A stretch of DNA of 64,000 nucleotides from Ramazzottius varieornatus (Eukaryota > Animalia > Tardigrada). The stretch is taken from NCBI GenBank assembly GCA_001949185.1, contig BDGG01000002.1, forward strand, positions 2,725,826 to 2,789,825. The letters run 5' to 3'. The notes under the pieces are model-generated. The model saw only the letters and a list, made by a program, of their open reading frames with translations. It was not told where the DNA came from and did not search any database. The first letter of the stretch is position 1; each line of letters begins with the position of its first letter. A program made the translations under genes and the position numbers. Below, piece by piece: positions 40,281 to 52,722 of the stretch.

Positions 40281-40894
40281 GTACACGAACGACGAAATAT
40301 TATGGGCCAGTAAAAATTACGGGCCAAACAGAAAAGACTGCAAATTTTCAATTTGTATGGAAGTCAGAAACAGAAATCGGACAAATGACGTAACGTAGCA
40401 AAATTTAACCGTAGATAATCGTCTCGGACAGTGGCCATCAGCTGATCAGCTGTTTTGCTTTCACACTTCAACGCTGCTGTGCACCGCTATTCGACTTCCT
40501 CTCAGAGAAGCTCTGGACTCCTTGTCCGATATCCTTTCCGTAAGCGTTTTTGAAAATGTCCCAGCCCCTCAAGACCAAGCGGCATCGACGATACACCGAA
40601 GAAGCACTGAAGGATGCTCTATCTGCTGTCGAGAACGGAATGGCAGTGATATGTTCCTCTGACTGTTGAAGGTGTGCTTGTTGCGGTAGAACAGACTCAG
40701 TAGAAATCGGGATTTCAAAATAAATATGGCAAGTTTTAGCTCCTCGGTTTAATATCGAGCACATACGTACAGCAGTCCAGCCTTCGATGTTGGTTTTTAC
40801 TTGTGGCAAGAACCACCTGCCTGTGCCGCCGTAGCGAAGGGGCCTGCATAGCGCGTAATTTTTACTGGCCCATAATATCTCGTCGCGCGTGTAC
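40281..40894 (+). mobile_element. Long (about 610 bp) member of the CACG-MITE family
   Basis: GTACACGAACGACGAAATATTATGGGCCAGTAAAAATTAC ... GTAATTTTTACTGGCCCATAATATCTCGTCGCGCGTGTAC. Confidence 0.85.
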
Positions 40895-41208
40895 TGGACA
40901 AACCTGAGACGTGACCATACCTTTGATGGACGACCCTCCGTAGTTCTAACACTCATCTTGACAAATAAAGCCTTCGACTTATGTTTCATTTGTACAGGTG
41001 TGAAAAACACGGTGGACAAAAAAGAACAGGTGGGTACACGACCCGGTTGAAGAAAAGTTCGCCAGACGCTCAGTAGGAGTCCCGTATGATTTGAATTTTC
41101 CCATCCCGAACGTTACTCTAACCGGCGCTGGCAAAAGTACATTCCACTTTGGTCTTTCGGAGCCGATGTCAGCTTTTTTATTCGCGTAATTAATACCGGA
41201 TAGAGAGG

Positions 41209-42776
41209 ATGGTCGCCACCACGCAAAATTTATACCTTTTTCCCGTGCAAATGTTTTCCCTGAAGTGCTTTGGCCTGTTGACCACGTACGGAAAGGTTGG
41301 AGATGCTCGATCAGTTGTTCTGAAGGAGGAGCAAAGCAAGGGTCTTCTGCCTTTCTGTTTTGCTGTGCTGTTCCTGGTAGGATGTTTTGCTCTTACTTTC
41401 ATCCACGGAGCACTCGTCCTGTACCAGATCCTCCTCGCCGTCTCCGTGTTTCCATCATCATTCGGACCCTCCGATATCGATGTCGATGATTACGATCTGG
41501 TCGGAATTCTGTCCAACTTACCGTTTTTCGGTATTCACTTTCGTGGCTTCGTCGTTCTGCTGGTAGTTTTTTTAAACCGGGAAAAATGGCTGGCCTTGAA
41601 AACAAACTGCTGGATGTTCTTTCTCAAAGTCTTCCAGGACGAACGTACCCGAGAGAAGGTGGTTGACAAGTGGAGACGCCGCTCTTTAGGTGTTAGTGCA
41701 CTGACTCTTGTCATCCACGTTTGTTGGGAGGTTGGTGACTGGACTGAGTACAACAGTCGGTTTCCTTCAGTGGCCGCCATGCTGAACGATACGTCTGTAT
41801 TGGAACCTCTGCCTGTCAAAATCAGAACCTGGCAGTATACGATCTTGTACTTCCTCTTTTGCTTTGTCCCCTTCGTGCTAGCTCAGCAAGTATTCACGGT
41901 CCTTCTGATTCTATCGGGAGTTGGTGCAGATGCTATCAAAAATCTTAACAAAGAAGTTAAACTTGTCCTGAAGAGCCACCAGAATGGATTTGAAAACATC
42001 GAAGAGCTCGTTCCCATCCCCGTTAAGGTAGCTTTGTGGGAGGAGCGATACATGGCCATATTGGAGTTCGTGAAGTTGCTCAATGAACTATTCAACTGGA
42101 TTTTTTTCGCGATCTATGGATCAGACTTTGTGGCTGTTTTGGGCTTCGGAGCAAGGGTAATCAACAACGTCAGCAGACGGCTCACGAAAATCCTGTTTCT
42201 CTTGTGTAGTGCGGCTGTTTATCTCACCTATGAGACCTGCTTCGTCGTTTGGCCGATACATTTACACGAGGAGGTAGGTCTTAATTTGCAGCGCCTGTTC
42301 TTTCACATTCGCTTTTACGTTTCGTGAAAGCAGGTATTGGTTTCAGAGTACTCGCCTACCTTTCTCCATTTACCAACTGACCGTGCAGGTGGAGACAGGA
42401 AGAGGAAGCGTGGTGGATGACAAGCACGATACATATGACATTAAACATCGTAGGGTGGACCTCCGGAAAAACCGCCTGGTACATCTGCTCCAAATTTTTG
42501 AAGACTTGGTCTACAATTTCCCCTGTGTGATCAGTGGAGCAGGTCTTCTAGATTGTACCAGAGGTCTGGTTGTACGGGTACGTTTACCGCTAACTCAGCT
42601 GCAGCCTGCATGTTGCAAGTATAACACCTGAAATGCTTGACGTAAAAAGTCTCCTGTTTCAGTCACTGACTCTGACGTTGTCATTGGTGGTGCTTGCCAA
42701 AGAACTCATGGACAAGAGCGACCACAAAACAAAAAGTCTCGGTGGCGGAACCCCCGCTCACAATACCACCTTGTGA
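41209..42776 (+). CDS. Gustatory-receptor-family (insect-type 7TM chemoreceptor) gene 1; exons 41209-42273, 42347-42577, 42663-42776
   Basis: Multi-TM ORF (LKCFGL; SNLPF...RG; LNELFNWIFFAIYGSD); two phase-0 3' introns; PCVISGAGLLDCTRGLVVR|SLTLTLSLVVLAKEL matches the GR C-terminal 'GxFxxxR...TM7' layout. Confidence 0.8.
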
Positions 42777-42945
42777 CAGCCTTTTAACTAAGACGATGGC
42801 AGTGTATCTGTGACGCACTCGAAAGCCCCCTCTTCGAGGCTTTCTTCACGAGGTCGAAACCGCTTCAACAGAGTTCAGCTGTGCTCCACTTACCCTACGC
42901 ATACTTTCGCTATGGAACAGGAAGTTTAGGTTGTGTGTCAGTAAT

Positions 42946-44225
42946 TATTACGTGCGGAAGTATGACTTGCACCCTTGTTTTTCTCTGCTGAAGTTAAAAA
43001 ATTTTTTCTGACGCCATATTAACTTTTGATCAGCTTATACAACCATACTAGCACGGCACTCCCGAGAGTTCTTGGAAGACATGCCGTTCTTTTGCTGCAA
43101 AAGTAAGAGGGAAGAGGGATCGTAAACTCTGTAACGGCACTTTTGAAACCCACTTCCGGGAAAGTTATTCTATCTCGCCGGAGAAGGTCCAAGTTCTTGA
43201 GCAAGTGATAATCTGTTAGTGCTGTAATCCTACTAAAAGAAGCGTGGACGAGAACTTCCAGTTCCTATTCCTGCAATTCTGCTGAAGTGTTTAGTTCAGT
43301 GTGCACTCTGGAGCAGCCCTGCAACAGTTGTGAGCCCGTCCTGAATTAGTCTCGCCTGTTGAACGGGGCGGTTTTCCATAGACATAACTATTCCAAAAAG
43401 GTCTGGGATAGCGTTATCGATTTGCTGGGTGAATAAGATCTATAGCGGTCAGGCGTGTGAGATGGCCACCAAAATGTGATCATGCTTCTCATTTAGCGCC
43501 GCTCACGGTTCGGATTTTTCTGTAATGGTTTGCCTCTGTCAGAACATACCATTTCTCATTTAGAAATCTCTTTTAGAGTGGCCGTGTTATCGTTGGTACA
43601 ATGAGGCCTGCTGTCGGTTCGGTTTCGTTTGCAATCTGGTGAGGGAAAAAAGACAAAACCTCTGCGTTCTTTCCGGGGTGCGCGAAGTAAGTGGGGTATT
43701 CACTTCTCTCACTGTTTCGCCTTCCCCGTCTGGAAAAGTGGACAGTAAGACTTTGGGGAGGTCCACCTTGGTCCTGTAAGAATTACACAAAAGTTTGGCA
43801 AGGGTCGAGTTTGACATGATCGGTCAGCACATTGTCGTTCTCTTTCGATTTCAGTCTTCCGTAGGGTGAATTTTGAATGAAAAATCACCAGAACCAAACC
43901 GAGCGGCTTAATCGTCCACGGTAAAAGTGTTAGGTGTTTCATAGTCAAACACGGATCTACTTTTTTCGGCGGTACGGGATGCGTTCGTGCTTCGATAGAA
44001 ACCAGAAAAATCCCCGAAATTCTAGTTATCCATGGTTCAGCTAAAATAAATCCTGTCGTACCCCAGAGCAGAAAAACTTGGACCAATGAAGTGACAGACA
44101 AGGGATGGGAGTTGGCGAACTGACAGGGAAAAATTGTTTAGAACGGAAATACGAGGGGTAGCAGAACTATGAATTTTTGGAATCAAGGTGTTTTAGGAGG
44201 CCAAGTCGTACTTTCGCACCCAATA
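42946..44225 (-). mobile_element. Full-length (about 1.28 kb) decayed mariner element
   Basis: TA-flanked TIRs TATTACGTGCGGAAGTATGACTTG / reverse complement TATTGGGTGCGAAAGTACGACTTG. Minus-strand remnants ARFGSGDFSF (HTH region) and EVLVHASFSRITALTDYHLLKNLD...KSAVTEF (cf. mariner EVLPHPPYSPDLAPxDYH). Confidence 0.85.
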
Positions 44226-44256
44226 GCAGAGTACCCAAAAAAGGTAAAATTTGTTC

Positions 44257-44499
44257 TTCACGCACGACGAGAAATTATGGGCAGCAAAAATTATGGGGAC
44301 AGGCGGAAAAGACGGCAAAATTTCCATTTTACCGTCTTTTCCGGTAGAAAAATAACCGGATAGAATTCGACGGTAGAAAAATGTCCACAAGTGTATTACT
44401 GTTAATCGGTCACGTACGTACGTGATTCCGTACCGCCGTAGCGAAATGGCCTGGTCCCATAGTTTTTTCTGGCCCCATAGTTTCCCGTCGTGCGGGTAC
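44257..44499 (+). mobile_element. CACG-MITE family copy
   Basis: CACGCACGACGAGAAATTATGG ... CCATAGTTTCCCGTCGTGCGGGTAC. Confidence 0.88.
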
Positions 44500-44699
44500 C
44501 AGATTTAATGTTTAATCAACACCTAACATAATGAGCTTTTGTGGTTTCCAATATACAGTCCCGCTCACAGGTCATCGCCATCCCTTGGTCATCCTTCAGT
44601 TGCCTGTGAAAAGTTTCGCACTGGGATTATTCAGAGAAGCGTTAATTACAAAATTTTACAATTGCTATGACGTCAAAGAGTTCTAGTTTCAAACCCACT

Positions 44700-47600
44700 T
44701 CAGTTGTCGCTCATTTTCGTCAATCGACGAGCTGGCTTTGTTGGTTGTAGAGCTGAACCGAGCTTCCACCAAAGATCCATCCGTTTTCGGGACGTCCGAT
44801 AACTACACGCACGACGGGAAATTATGGGGCCACTAAAAATTATGGGACCAGGCGGAAAAGACGGCAAAATGGAGATTCAAACGTAGAAAAGTGTCCAAGA
44901 GTGCATTACTCCGAATCGGTCACGTACGTACGTGCTTCCGTACCGCCGTAGCGAAATGGCCTGGTCCCATAATTTCCCGTCGTGCGTGTATAAAACAGAT
45001 GTCGTTTCTTGAAGTAGAAGGCAGAGGGCGCCACACATCTTACATACATTTGTACAGCGAACGCAAGGAATCCGGAAAAGCCCGCGATGAATACTGCAGT
45101 CGCTGTTTTCATCGTGACAGACACCCCTACAAAAGAATGTTTAAGAGCTTGACGAACATGCTCGAGTTTGAGCTCCCAGGTGTATACCCGTGCTCTCACA
45201 GAGCTCCCCATCCAGCCCACACGGAAGCACAGTTGATGGAGGAAATACCCCCTTGCGCCATGTGATCTCTTTGCACTCGTTACAGGAGACGATCTTTGCC
45301 GCCTCGGAATCATATCTGAGCACCACCTTCAACAACTAGAGTACTGTCTTTCGAGTTTAAACAGCAGAGCAAGACCGACCTAAAAACGGGATACCTGGAA
45401 GCGGGACATGTTTGTATGGAACTGGTGAACCCATAAGTCGGCTATCCGATGTCCAAATTGGGATATTCGTACTGTGCGCGTGGGAAGAATGAATGATCGA
45501 TTGAGGAACTTTTGGGTAAACTGCCTAGCCGAAATGTTGACGAGCTGGTCGTAGGTTTCGTTTAACACTTGGGACATGATCATTATCGTCTCGTACGCCG
45601 CCAGTGGTAGGAAATTTCTCTAACCAAAGACACGATTCTACAGTATCAACTGGTGTACGTACCGCTTATAGTTGTATCGAATCTTGTGGAATGGATCACA
45701 ACATTACTAGGCACCTTGCGCGCCACCGAGAAACCCTGTTCGGAAGGGCCTCCGATCCATTATAGTGACCATATAACATTTGGGATCAGTCCAGGTTTGC
45801 TACAGAACATTTTGGGTGCATTTTGGGTTCAGTAAAGGTTCATATATGCGACATATGTGTCTACGCAACATGAATATCGCCGAACGGGTTCATGTATGGT
45901 TCATTTAGGTAATATTTATGTTGCACAGACATATATGTCGCATATATGAACCTTTATTGAACCCAAAATGCTCTGCAGCAAACCTGGACTGATCCCAAAC
46001 GTTATATGGTCAGTATAATGGATCGGAGGCTCGTCCGAACAGGGAAAATTACTACGAACGTCGAAATTTCACGGTGGGGAATTTCAGTTTCCCTCGTCGA
46101 CGTGAAGAGCGGATTTCGTCTTGCGAGTAATACACGACGAACGGTAAAACTTACGACATGTGATTATTGGCAAAACAGTCGTTGTCGTGAAATTTCAACG
46201 TGACGGTGGAGCAGGGTCTTCGTCGTGATTTTGCCACCGTCACGAAGCGCGCCCAACGTGATTTACGTCGCGCTCACAGATGACTCACCGGGCGACGTGA
46301 AATTTGAACGTTCGTAGTGAAATTCTGGCTGGCACGTAAGGTGCCTAATATGCATACCTGATACTCCGGTGCAATAGTCCAGTTATAGTATTCCGATGAT
46401 CTCTTCGCCATCTCGTCCACCTCACCGGAGATTGCGCTCCAGTTGATCGAATCAAAAGACAGCGCAGAGGTGAAAGGTAGGATGGAGGAAAGTTTTCCAT
46501 CCACCTGTAAAATCACTCAGGATTTATCTTTGTCCTTTACGGTTATCTCGAACGCACCCATACTTATCCTCTCGCGATTTAAATTAGAAAAGCCAACTAC
46601 AATAGCCACCTACGTCGTGATTTGTCTCCCAGGAGTAATCTTCGAGCCGGGTAAACGTTGATACCGGGAACAACACAAAAACCTGAAAGACAGCTAGTTA
46701 ATCGGTTAGTGCTTGAATGGGAAGAAAAAGCTGCTGATTGTCCCGAAATACTTGCATAGTCTCCGGTGGACATCCCCTGAGATGCGGCAATCCACTGTGA
46801 TAAAAACCAGTGCGATTACTGATGTGGAAAAACCTTTTCTGAATTTTGTCTTACCAAAACGTTTTTATAGACGTCTGGCACCGAAGCGACGACCGTCACT
46901 ACAGAATTCAAGACCTTTAACTTTCGTTAGTTCTCGTTCTCTGCATGAATTGGGGTTCCTGGCCTACCAGTACTGCTTGCCCGGCATTGCTTCAACATTG
47001 GTAAGATAGTAGTGTTGTTGGACGAGTCGAATTTCAAGGTTCTCATGTTGAGGTCGCGAAAGTTTAGTGATATTTGCTGGAACAGATTGCAGCTGACTTC
47101 GAAGACATAGGTGAAGGGCGTGCTGCTGCTGGTATCACAGACAAGGTTGAACCTCTTCCACTTGTACAGCCGCATTAGAGTCAAAATGGCGGACGCAGCG
47201 TTGCCGTAAGGGATGGCAGACCACGGAAAAAATGTGGGAAATCGCCACTGTAGATTTCGCATGTTTATAGAAGCAGTGCTGCAACATTCAGCAGTAAGGT
47301 GGGCAATATACTGTAATTGCACTCTCTGAATTTTACCTTCCGAATACAGTTACTCCTTCCTCTGAAACATACGGGCGGAAACGAATCACGCATACTTTGA
47401 CAACAGTAGAAACATAAGTCGGTGTGTACCTATGTTTTGAACATACCTCGAGCGAAGTCCGCCAAAGTGAACATCTCAAAGGTGCAACCTACAGTAGAAT
47501 AACAATTTACCCGTAAGTCTGACATGACTGAATGCGTTAGATTGCTGATAATGCTTTTTACCTGGCGTCAGGATTATTCGAAAGTAAGACGCTTCCTGTT

Positions 47601-47910
47601 TTCTTCTTTCAGATACTTGATCCCCATTCTCGCGGCGAAACAGAAGTCCAAGACCGGCGGTAGTTATTCCCACAGCTTCTTCGCAAGAGTATCGGCCTGG
47701 TATAAAGTACCTGGTCAAAAACACGTCTTGATAGACGCGAGGATACAAGCGTCGTGCTCTGTCCATCGCCACATCGTAGGCCGAACCAATAACTTCATAG
47801 CCAACCTGGACGTTTCGTCCACCAGCTGCCATCGCCACAAACATAATTTGTACACCCTGGACTTTCACGTACGCAGTACAAACGAGGAAGATGGCCACTG
47901 GTCTCCACAT
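44700..47910 (-). CDS. Receptor-guanylyl-cyclase/NPR-type ectodomain + TM + short tail, no cyclase (paralogue B)
   Basis: Signal MWRPVAIFLVCTAYVKVQG; GSAYDVAMDRARRLYP; ILTPG|CTFEMFTLADFAR; LMRLYKWKRFNLVCD; QVLNET...FLNRSF; ITWRKGVFPPSTVLPCGLDGELC; TM; tail IYRTSRKRMDLWWKLGSALQPTKPARRLTKMSDN-stop (44802-44700). Confidence 0.8.
44804..44990 (+). mobile_element. CACG-MITE family copy inserted in the last 3' splice site of receptor paralogue B
   Basis: TA-CACGCACGACGGGAAATTATGG ... CCATAATTTCCCGTCGTGCGTG-TA, with near-perfect TIRs. Confidence 0.92.
45707..46348. mobile_element. Nested MITEs: a palindromic CCCTG...CAGGG element (45734-46043) inside a GGCACC...GGTGCC element
   Basis: Outer TIR TAGGCACCTTGCGCGCCA / TGGCACGTAAGGTGCCTA; the inner element of about 310 bp is an almost complete foldback flanked by AAA on both sides. 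Confidence 0.85.
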
Positions 47911-48127
47911 CGTCAGAATTTCTTTCGAAGCTGCGGCCAAAGTATGAAGCCGCAGCCCGCAGGCCACGCAATTAGCGAGTATATCTGATAAGTTTTCACA
48001 CAAATAATCCCACTAGTGCCTCTGCAAATCGCCACACAGTATGCGGTGTGGTGCCACCTAACTGCAGTAACCACAGTACGATCGAGATCTGGACATGGAA
48101 TTACGGCGGCGGGATTTTATCCTTTGA

Positions 48128-48293
48128 GTACACCCACGATAGGTAATTATGGGACAGGCGGATACAGAAAAACAGGACATCAACCGCAGACAAACGTCGA
48201 AACGTGTGTTAGAGTGAATCAGCCGTGTACGTCCGTGCTTCCGTACCGCTTTAGCGGAAAGGCCTGTCCCATAATTAGCCATCGTGCGTGTAC
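48128..48293 (+). mobile_element. CACG-MITE family copy upstream of receptor paralogue B
   Basis: GTACACCCACGATAGGTAATTATGGGACAGGC ... GCCTGTCCCATAATTAGCCATCGTGCGTGTAC. Confidence 0.88.
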
Positions 48294-49667
48294 TAAGGTT
48301 TTCGTGCTCGCTGAATACTGCCGTCCTTATCATGTATCAAGACTATCCTGGTGCGGTGGGGGTGGGGCGGGTCCGGCCAATGACTAGTCATCAAAATGTC
48401 GAAATTCGGAAGGTTAGCAGGCTATGTGGGCCAACTTTGGAAAGTAAGCCCGGCCATTCTGGCCGCAATAATGAATCTAAAAGTTCCTCAGGCCCAGTTC
48501 GATAGGGGACAATGTCTTGAGTATCAAAAATTCTTTCGGAATGAATGTACTGCGTAAGTCTCGATAACAGCCATAAATCCCAAGATATCACCCAAGCGAC
48601 TAGAACTGTGGATCTTTTCTCATGAATTGTAGAGTTTCGCTGACCGCTGGTCATCGGTCTCACTCTGGGTCTCAGTTCGGCCTCCAGATAAGTCAAAATA
48701 GGAAGCGAGTAAGGGTGAGGCAGCGTATACACAATGGGGACGGTAGTATTAGAATTGTTGAAGCTCGTCCTTGCATCCCTCAGAACACATTAGATCAGGC
48801 TTACTGAGCTACCCACGCGGTTCGAAGGCTTGCCGCTCGGATATGATACAATAAAGGGGTTTTTCCCGGTTCTCTATCCGCGGACAAAAATTCCTTTTCT
48901 GCGGATAAGAATGGCTAAAGCTCTTCATCATACTGTATCTTATCGGCGACAAGCCTACGGTTGGTTAATGCTAGACGAATAATGGATTAACCTTATACTG
49001 TAAGATTGGAGCTGAAAGCGACGCCTACTGTGTGCCCTTACTTTGTTTCCGTAAAAACAGACGTCCGTCGAGCTAAATTATTATCGAAACAGATGGACCA
49101 GCAACCCGACCATGTGTACTACGTCCCTATCGAAGCACTTAGCACGCCTGACCAGGCCACAGATCGAAGCACATAGCACAGCCACAGATATATCATATAT
49201 GGACCAAATTCAATCGCCAAAATTGAATGGCGAGTTCTCGAATGTCTATCGCAAGCTGACTTAATATGGTGCGGATTGGGTCACTTGTTGCTATCAAACG
49301 AATTTTATATGCGGAGTAGTTTTCCTGAGTTGTTTTCTGGCAAACCCTCTTGTTCGATATCAAGATTAGCCTTGCGCGGGTAACAACGAGGAGCAAGTAC
49401 TCGCAGAAAGATTAATCAATTTGCGGCTTGTTTCACTCGAGCAAATAGAACGCCGATAAATACAGATGCGAAAACAGGGGGGTATCGACCGTGGATCCGA
49501 GCACGCCGTGAAGTGCGCTTGTTCGAGACCTCTATCTTAAAACACGACCTTTCTTGACGATTCGTTTCTGCTTAGTAATATCCATTTCCAGCATCCTTTC
49601 CAGTTTACAGTGCTTGACTGGCACCCGAGATTTGGCGCAAAACAGATTTCACTCAGATAGCAGTTTA

Positions 49668-50640
49668 TATAAGGTGCGGAAGTATGACTTAAAAAAACCC
49701 TGAAATATTCATAGTTCTGCTCCCCATCGTTTTTCCGGGTACAGCAGAGATCATTATGCCTGAATCAAGCATACTTGAATTTTCCAGAATCTAGGTGTTT
49801 GAATTCCATCATAGCACGGAAGCTTCTCACTTCGCCGACAAAATCAGATCCGTATCTGACAATAAGACGCCTAACGGCCTTACCGTGGGTGATTGCATTG
49901 ATGATCCCGTCGATCGGTTTCGTTCCGAAGTTTTTTCATTCAAAAAATACCCCAACGGAAGACCGGAATCGAAAGAGAACGACAGTGTGCTGAAGGTTGT
50001 GATTCACTCCTACTTACTTACAGACGACGTGCACCTGCATACCTAACCTCCCCAAATTGCACGGCATGTAATTTGGGGAAGGTAACACATTACCAAATTG
50101 GTTACAAGAGAAACTTTGCCCAAAGTGTATACATAGCATGACACGTAAATTCGCCAAGTTTGAAGATTTGTTTGATGTCGTGTCACCATATCAAACAAAT
50201 GTGGGGAACGGGGAAGATTTAGCTGCCACCGAACTTGACTCTGCGAGCCCACATATTATACAATGCGTAACACCATATCAAGCAAATGTTGGAACCTGAC
50301 AGAAATACCTGTCAAACAGGAAAAAGACTTATGGAGGCGATGGTCGCCCATAAGGGAAGCTTCGTGAACGTTAATCAACATGATAACCGTCAGAGTAGGG
50401 GCGACGGTTTAAGGACTCGCAGTGTTAGATCCGTTGGGCGCCGTCCCTGGGCCGATGCATTGGTAGCGTGCAGAATCCATCTTTCATTCGTTCACTTGCC
50501 CATCTTGTATCATTACCTTGCCTTCGACAGCCACGCGTACTGTCTCGGGATCCTATTCTTCATGCTCCCCGAGACTTCTCAGCCTAGGTGCGTCGTTGAA
50601 CCGGATGCCTGACACAGATGTCTGCCATCATGCGTAGTTT
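49668..50640 (+). mobile_element. Second decayed mariner of the same family; 5' TIR and N-terminal transposase remnant, 3' end unclear
   Basis: TATAAGGTGCGGAAGTATGACTT; ORF 49795-50046 FEFHHSTEASHFADKIRSV...RFRSEVFSFKKYPNGRPESKENDSVLK resembles the mariner HTH/GRP region and matches the minus-strand remnant at about 43830-44020. Confidence 0.75.
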
Positions 50641-50878
50641 TCTACAAGCTACCACAGGTGGCGGGAATGTAGGGGAGGCCAAACCAGACAGTATTTCTCC
50701 TGCGAATGCGTATCTGGCCATCCGTGCATCCTAGTACAGTTCGCGGTTCTACAAAGTTTTTCTGGACAGTTCACTGCTATGGCTGATGAAGGGAAATGGC
50801 TAGCCAGAGCCGAAACCACGTCGATCAGCGCTACCTTTACGTAATAGTATTCCTAACGAGCCTTCAACCAGCTCCACG

Positions 50879-52395
50879 ATGCAGTTGTTCGCCGTTCAAG
50901 AGCTTATACTAAAAGTATGCGGATTTCTACCGTTATCGCCGGATCGTTATACCCTGAACAGTCCCAGAACACGAACTCTACAATACGTCCTACAGACATC
51001 GTTGACCTTCGTTGCAGTGTGCCTTCTCCTGGGGTCTTTTTACGACACCGTTGTTCATACTGTAGCTGTCCTCTACGTCTTTCTTCAAACCACCCTTGAG
51101 GACCCAACGGCACGTCCATCTAAGAGCTACAAACCTGACTTGCTGGGAGTTCTGTCCAACTTACCGTTCTGCGCCATCCATCTTCGCGGCCTTCTCGTCC
51201 TCTATTTGTTCTTCCGACAGCGCTACAACTGGTCTATATTGAAATTCGAACTGGATCGGGTTATTGCTAAATGCCTCCCAGTCCAATCAGACCCCAAAGA
51301 CGCCGTCAAGAAATGGACAAAGATATCGTTCTTCCTGTCTGTTTTTACTTTTTCCTTGCATACCATATGGGAAATCGTCGAAGTGGTTTACTACTTGGCG
51401 AAGGAACCAGAAAACTACGGTACTTACACGAAGGTCTTCGATCCTTTACCGTTCAAGATCCGGACCGACGAATACCTTACTATCTACCAACTGTTCTGTA
51501 CGATACCTTACATTCTTTCGCAACAGATTTACACGCTACTAATTGTTCCTTCAGGAGTTTTGTATGAGTCCATTGATTTACTACTGAACGACATTCGGAA
51601 CGCCCAGTATGGACATGCTGAAATTACAACGGTATCCGGAAGATGGCAACGGACTCTGGAATTGTCGGACACCGTAGATGAATGGGCTGATCGGTATAGA
51701 GCTATCGTTGAGTTTGTGGAAAGACTTAACGAGTCCTTTAGCTGGATACTGTTTGCGGCATACGGACTGGACTTCATCACGGTTCTGGGGTTCGCCGCAG
51801 GCATGGCCAGTGGTGCGAAGGAACTGAAAGGCTTTTTCTTCCTTCTTACATGTGCGACGATCTTTGCATCTTACGGAACGGCTTACTTGATACCGATGGT
51901 CAAGTTACACGAAAAAGTGCTGTCTTCGTTTTTGCACATATGGATGGCTATGCTTGTTAACATGTGATGTTTCTGTCAACGTGTGTTTCCTTTTGACAGA
52001 GTCTGGAGTTACCGTTTGCTTTGCGCCAGCTGCGCGCAAATGTCAAAATGCTTGCGAGTGAAGGTTTTTTGGATCGCGATGAACGTTTCGCTGAGCGGGA
52101 GGAACTTCTCTCAAAGCTGGACTTTTTACAAGCCACAACGCACCGTCACCCTTGTGCTGTGGATGCCGCTGAGGTCTTTTACATTACACGGGAAGTACTC
52201 GTCAGGGTGAGTCAAGACCAACAATCTCTTGGTCAATGGTGTTGGATCTACTGCGGTTTGGAAACGTATTCGAGTTGAATTTGGCCTTTGCAGACGGTCA
52301 CCCTAAATGTGTCACTGGTGGTACTGATCAAGCAACTTATTATGGACAAAGATGACAAGCACGACGTGGTCAGGACCTCGACCCTGAGCGTCTGA
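50879..52395 (+). CDS. Gustatory-receptor-family gene 2; exons 50879-51916, 52000-52206, 52294-52395
   Basis: Paralogous to GR gene 1 (LKVCGFLPL; LGVLSNLPFCAIHLRG; LNESFSWILFAAYGLD; HPCAVDAAEVFYITREVLVR|TVTLNVSLVVLIKQL) with the same intron positions. Confidence 0.8.
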
Positions 52396-52722
52396 GGTGC
52401 AGTACGATGCTTGATAGCCTGCTGTTGCTTTTCCATTGTATGCGCGTCTGTTTGACTGTGAGTTGTCGCGGAGTCGGAACTGTCACTTCGCGTACAGTAA
52501 TACTTGCGGCAGAAGCCAGACAGAACTTTGCTTCGTCGTTGGTGTTCCTTGATTTCGGATCCATTCTTGTGACAGAACGGATACTAAGAACCTGAAATGC
52601 GGTGAAACTATACCCGATACTCAAAGGGAAGACAAGAGGCCATCAGTCCGCAAGTTTTCCGGATCTTGAGACGGTCAATGAGTGAACCATCTTTCGCAAC
52701 CTTGGAAGCGGGAGTAGGAACT

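Noticed and set aside
43709-44101. Secreted protein with a signal peptide (MSVTSLVQVFLLWG...)
   Set aside because: It lies inside a TIR-bounded mariner, and another frame of the same DNA gives transposase HTH remnants.
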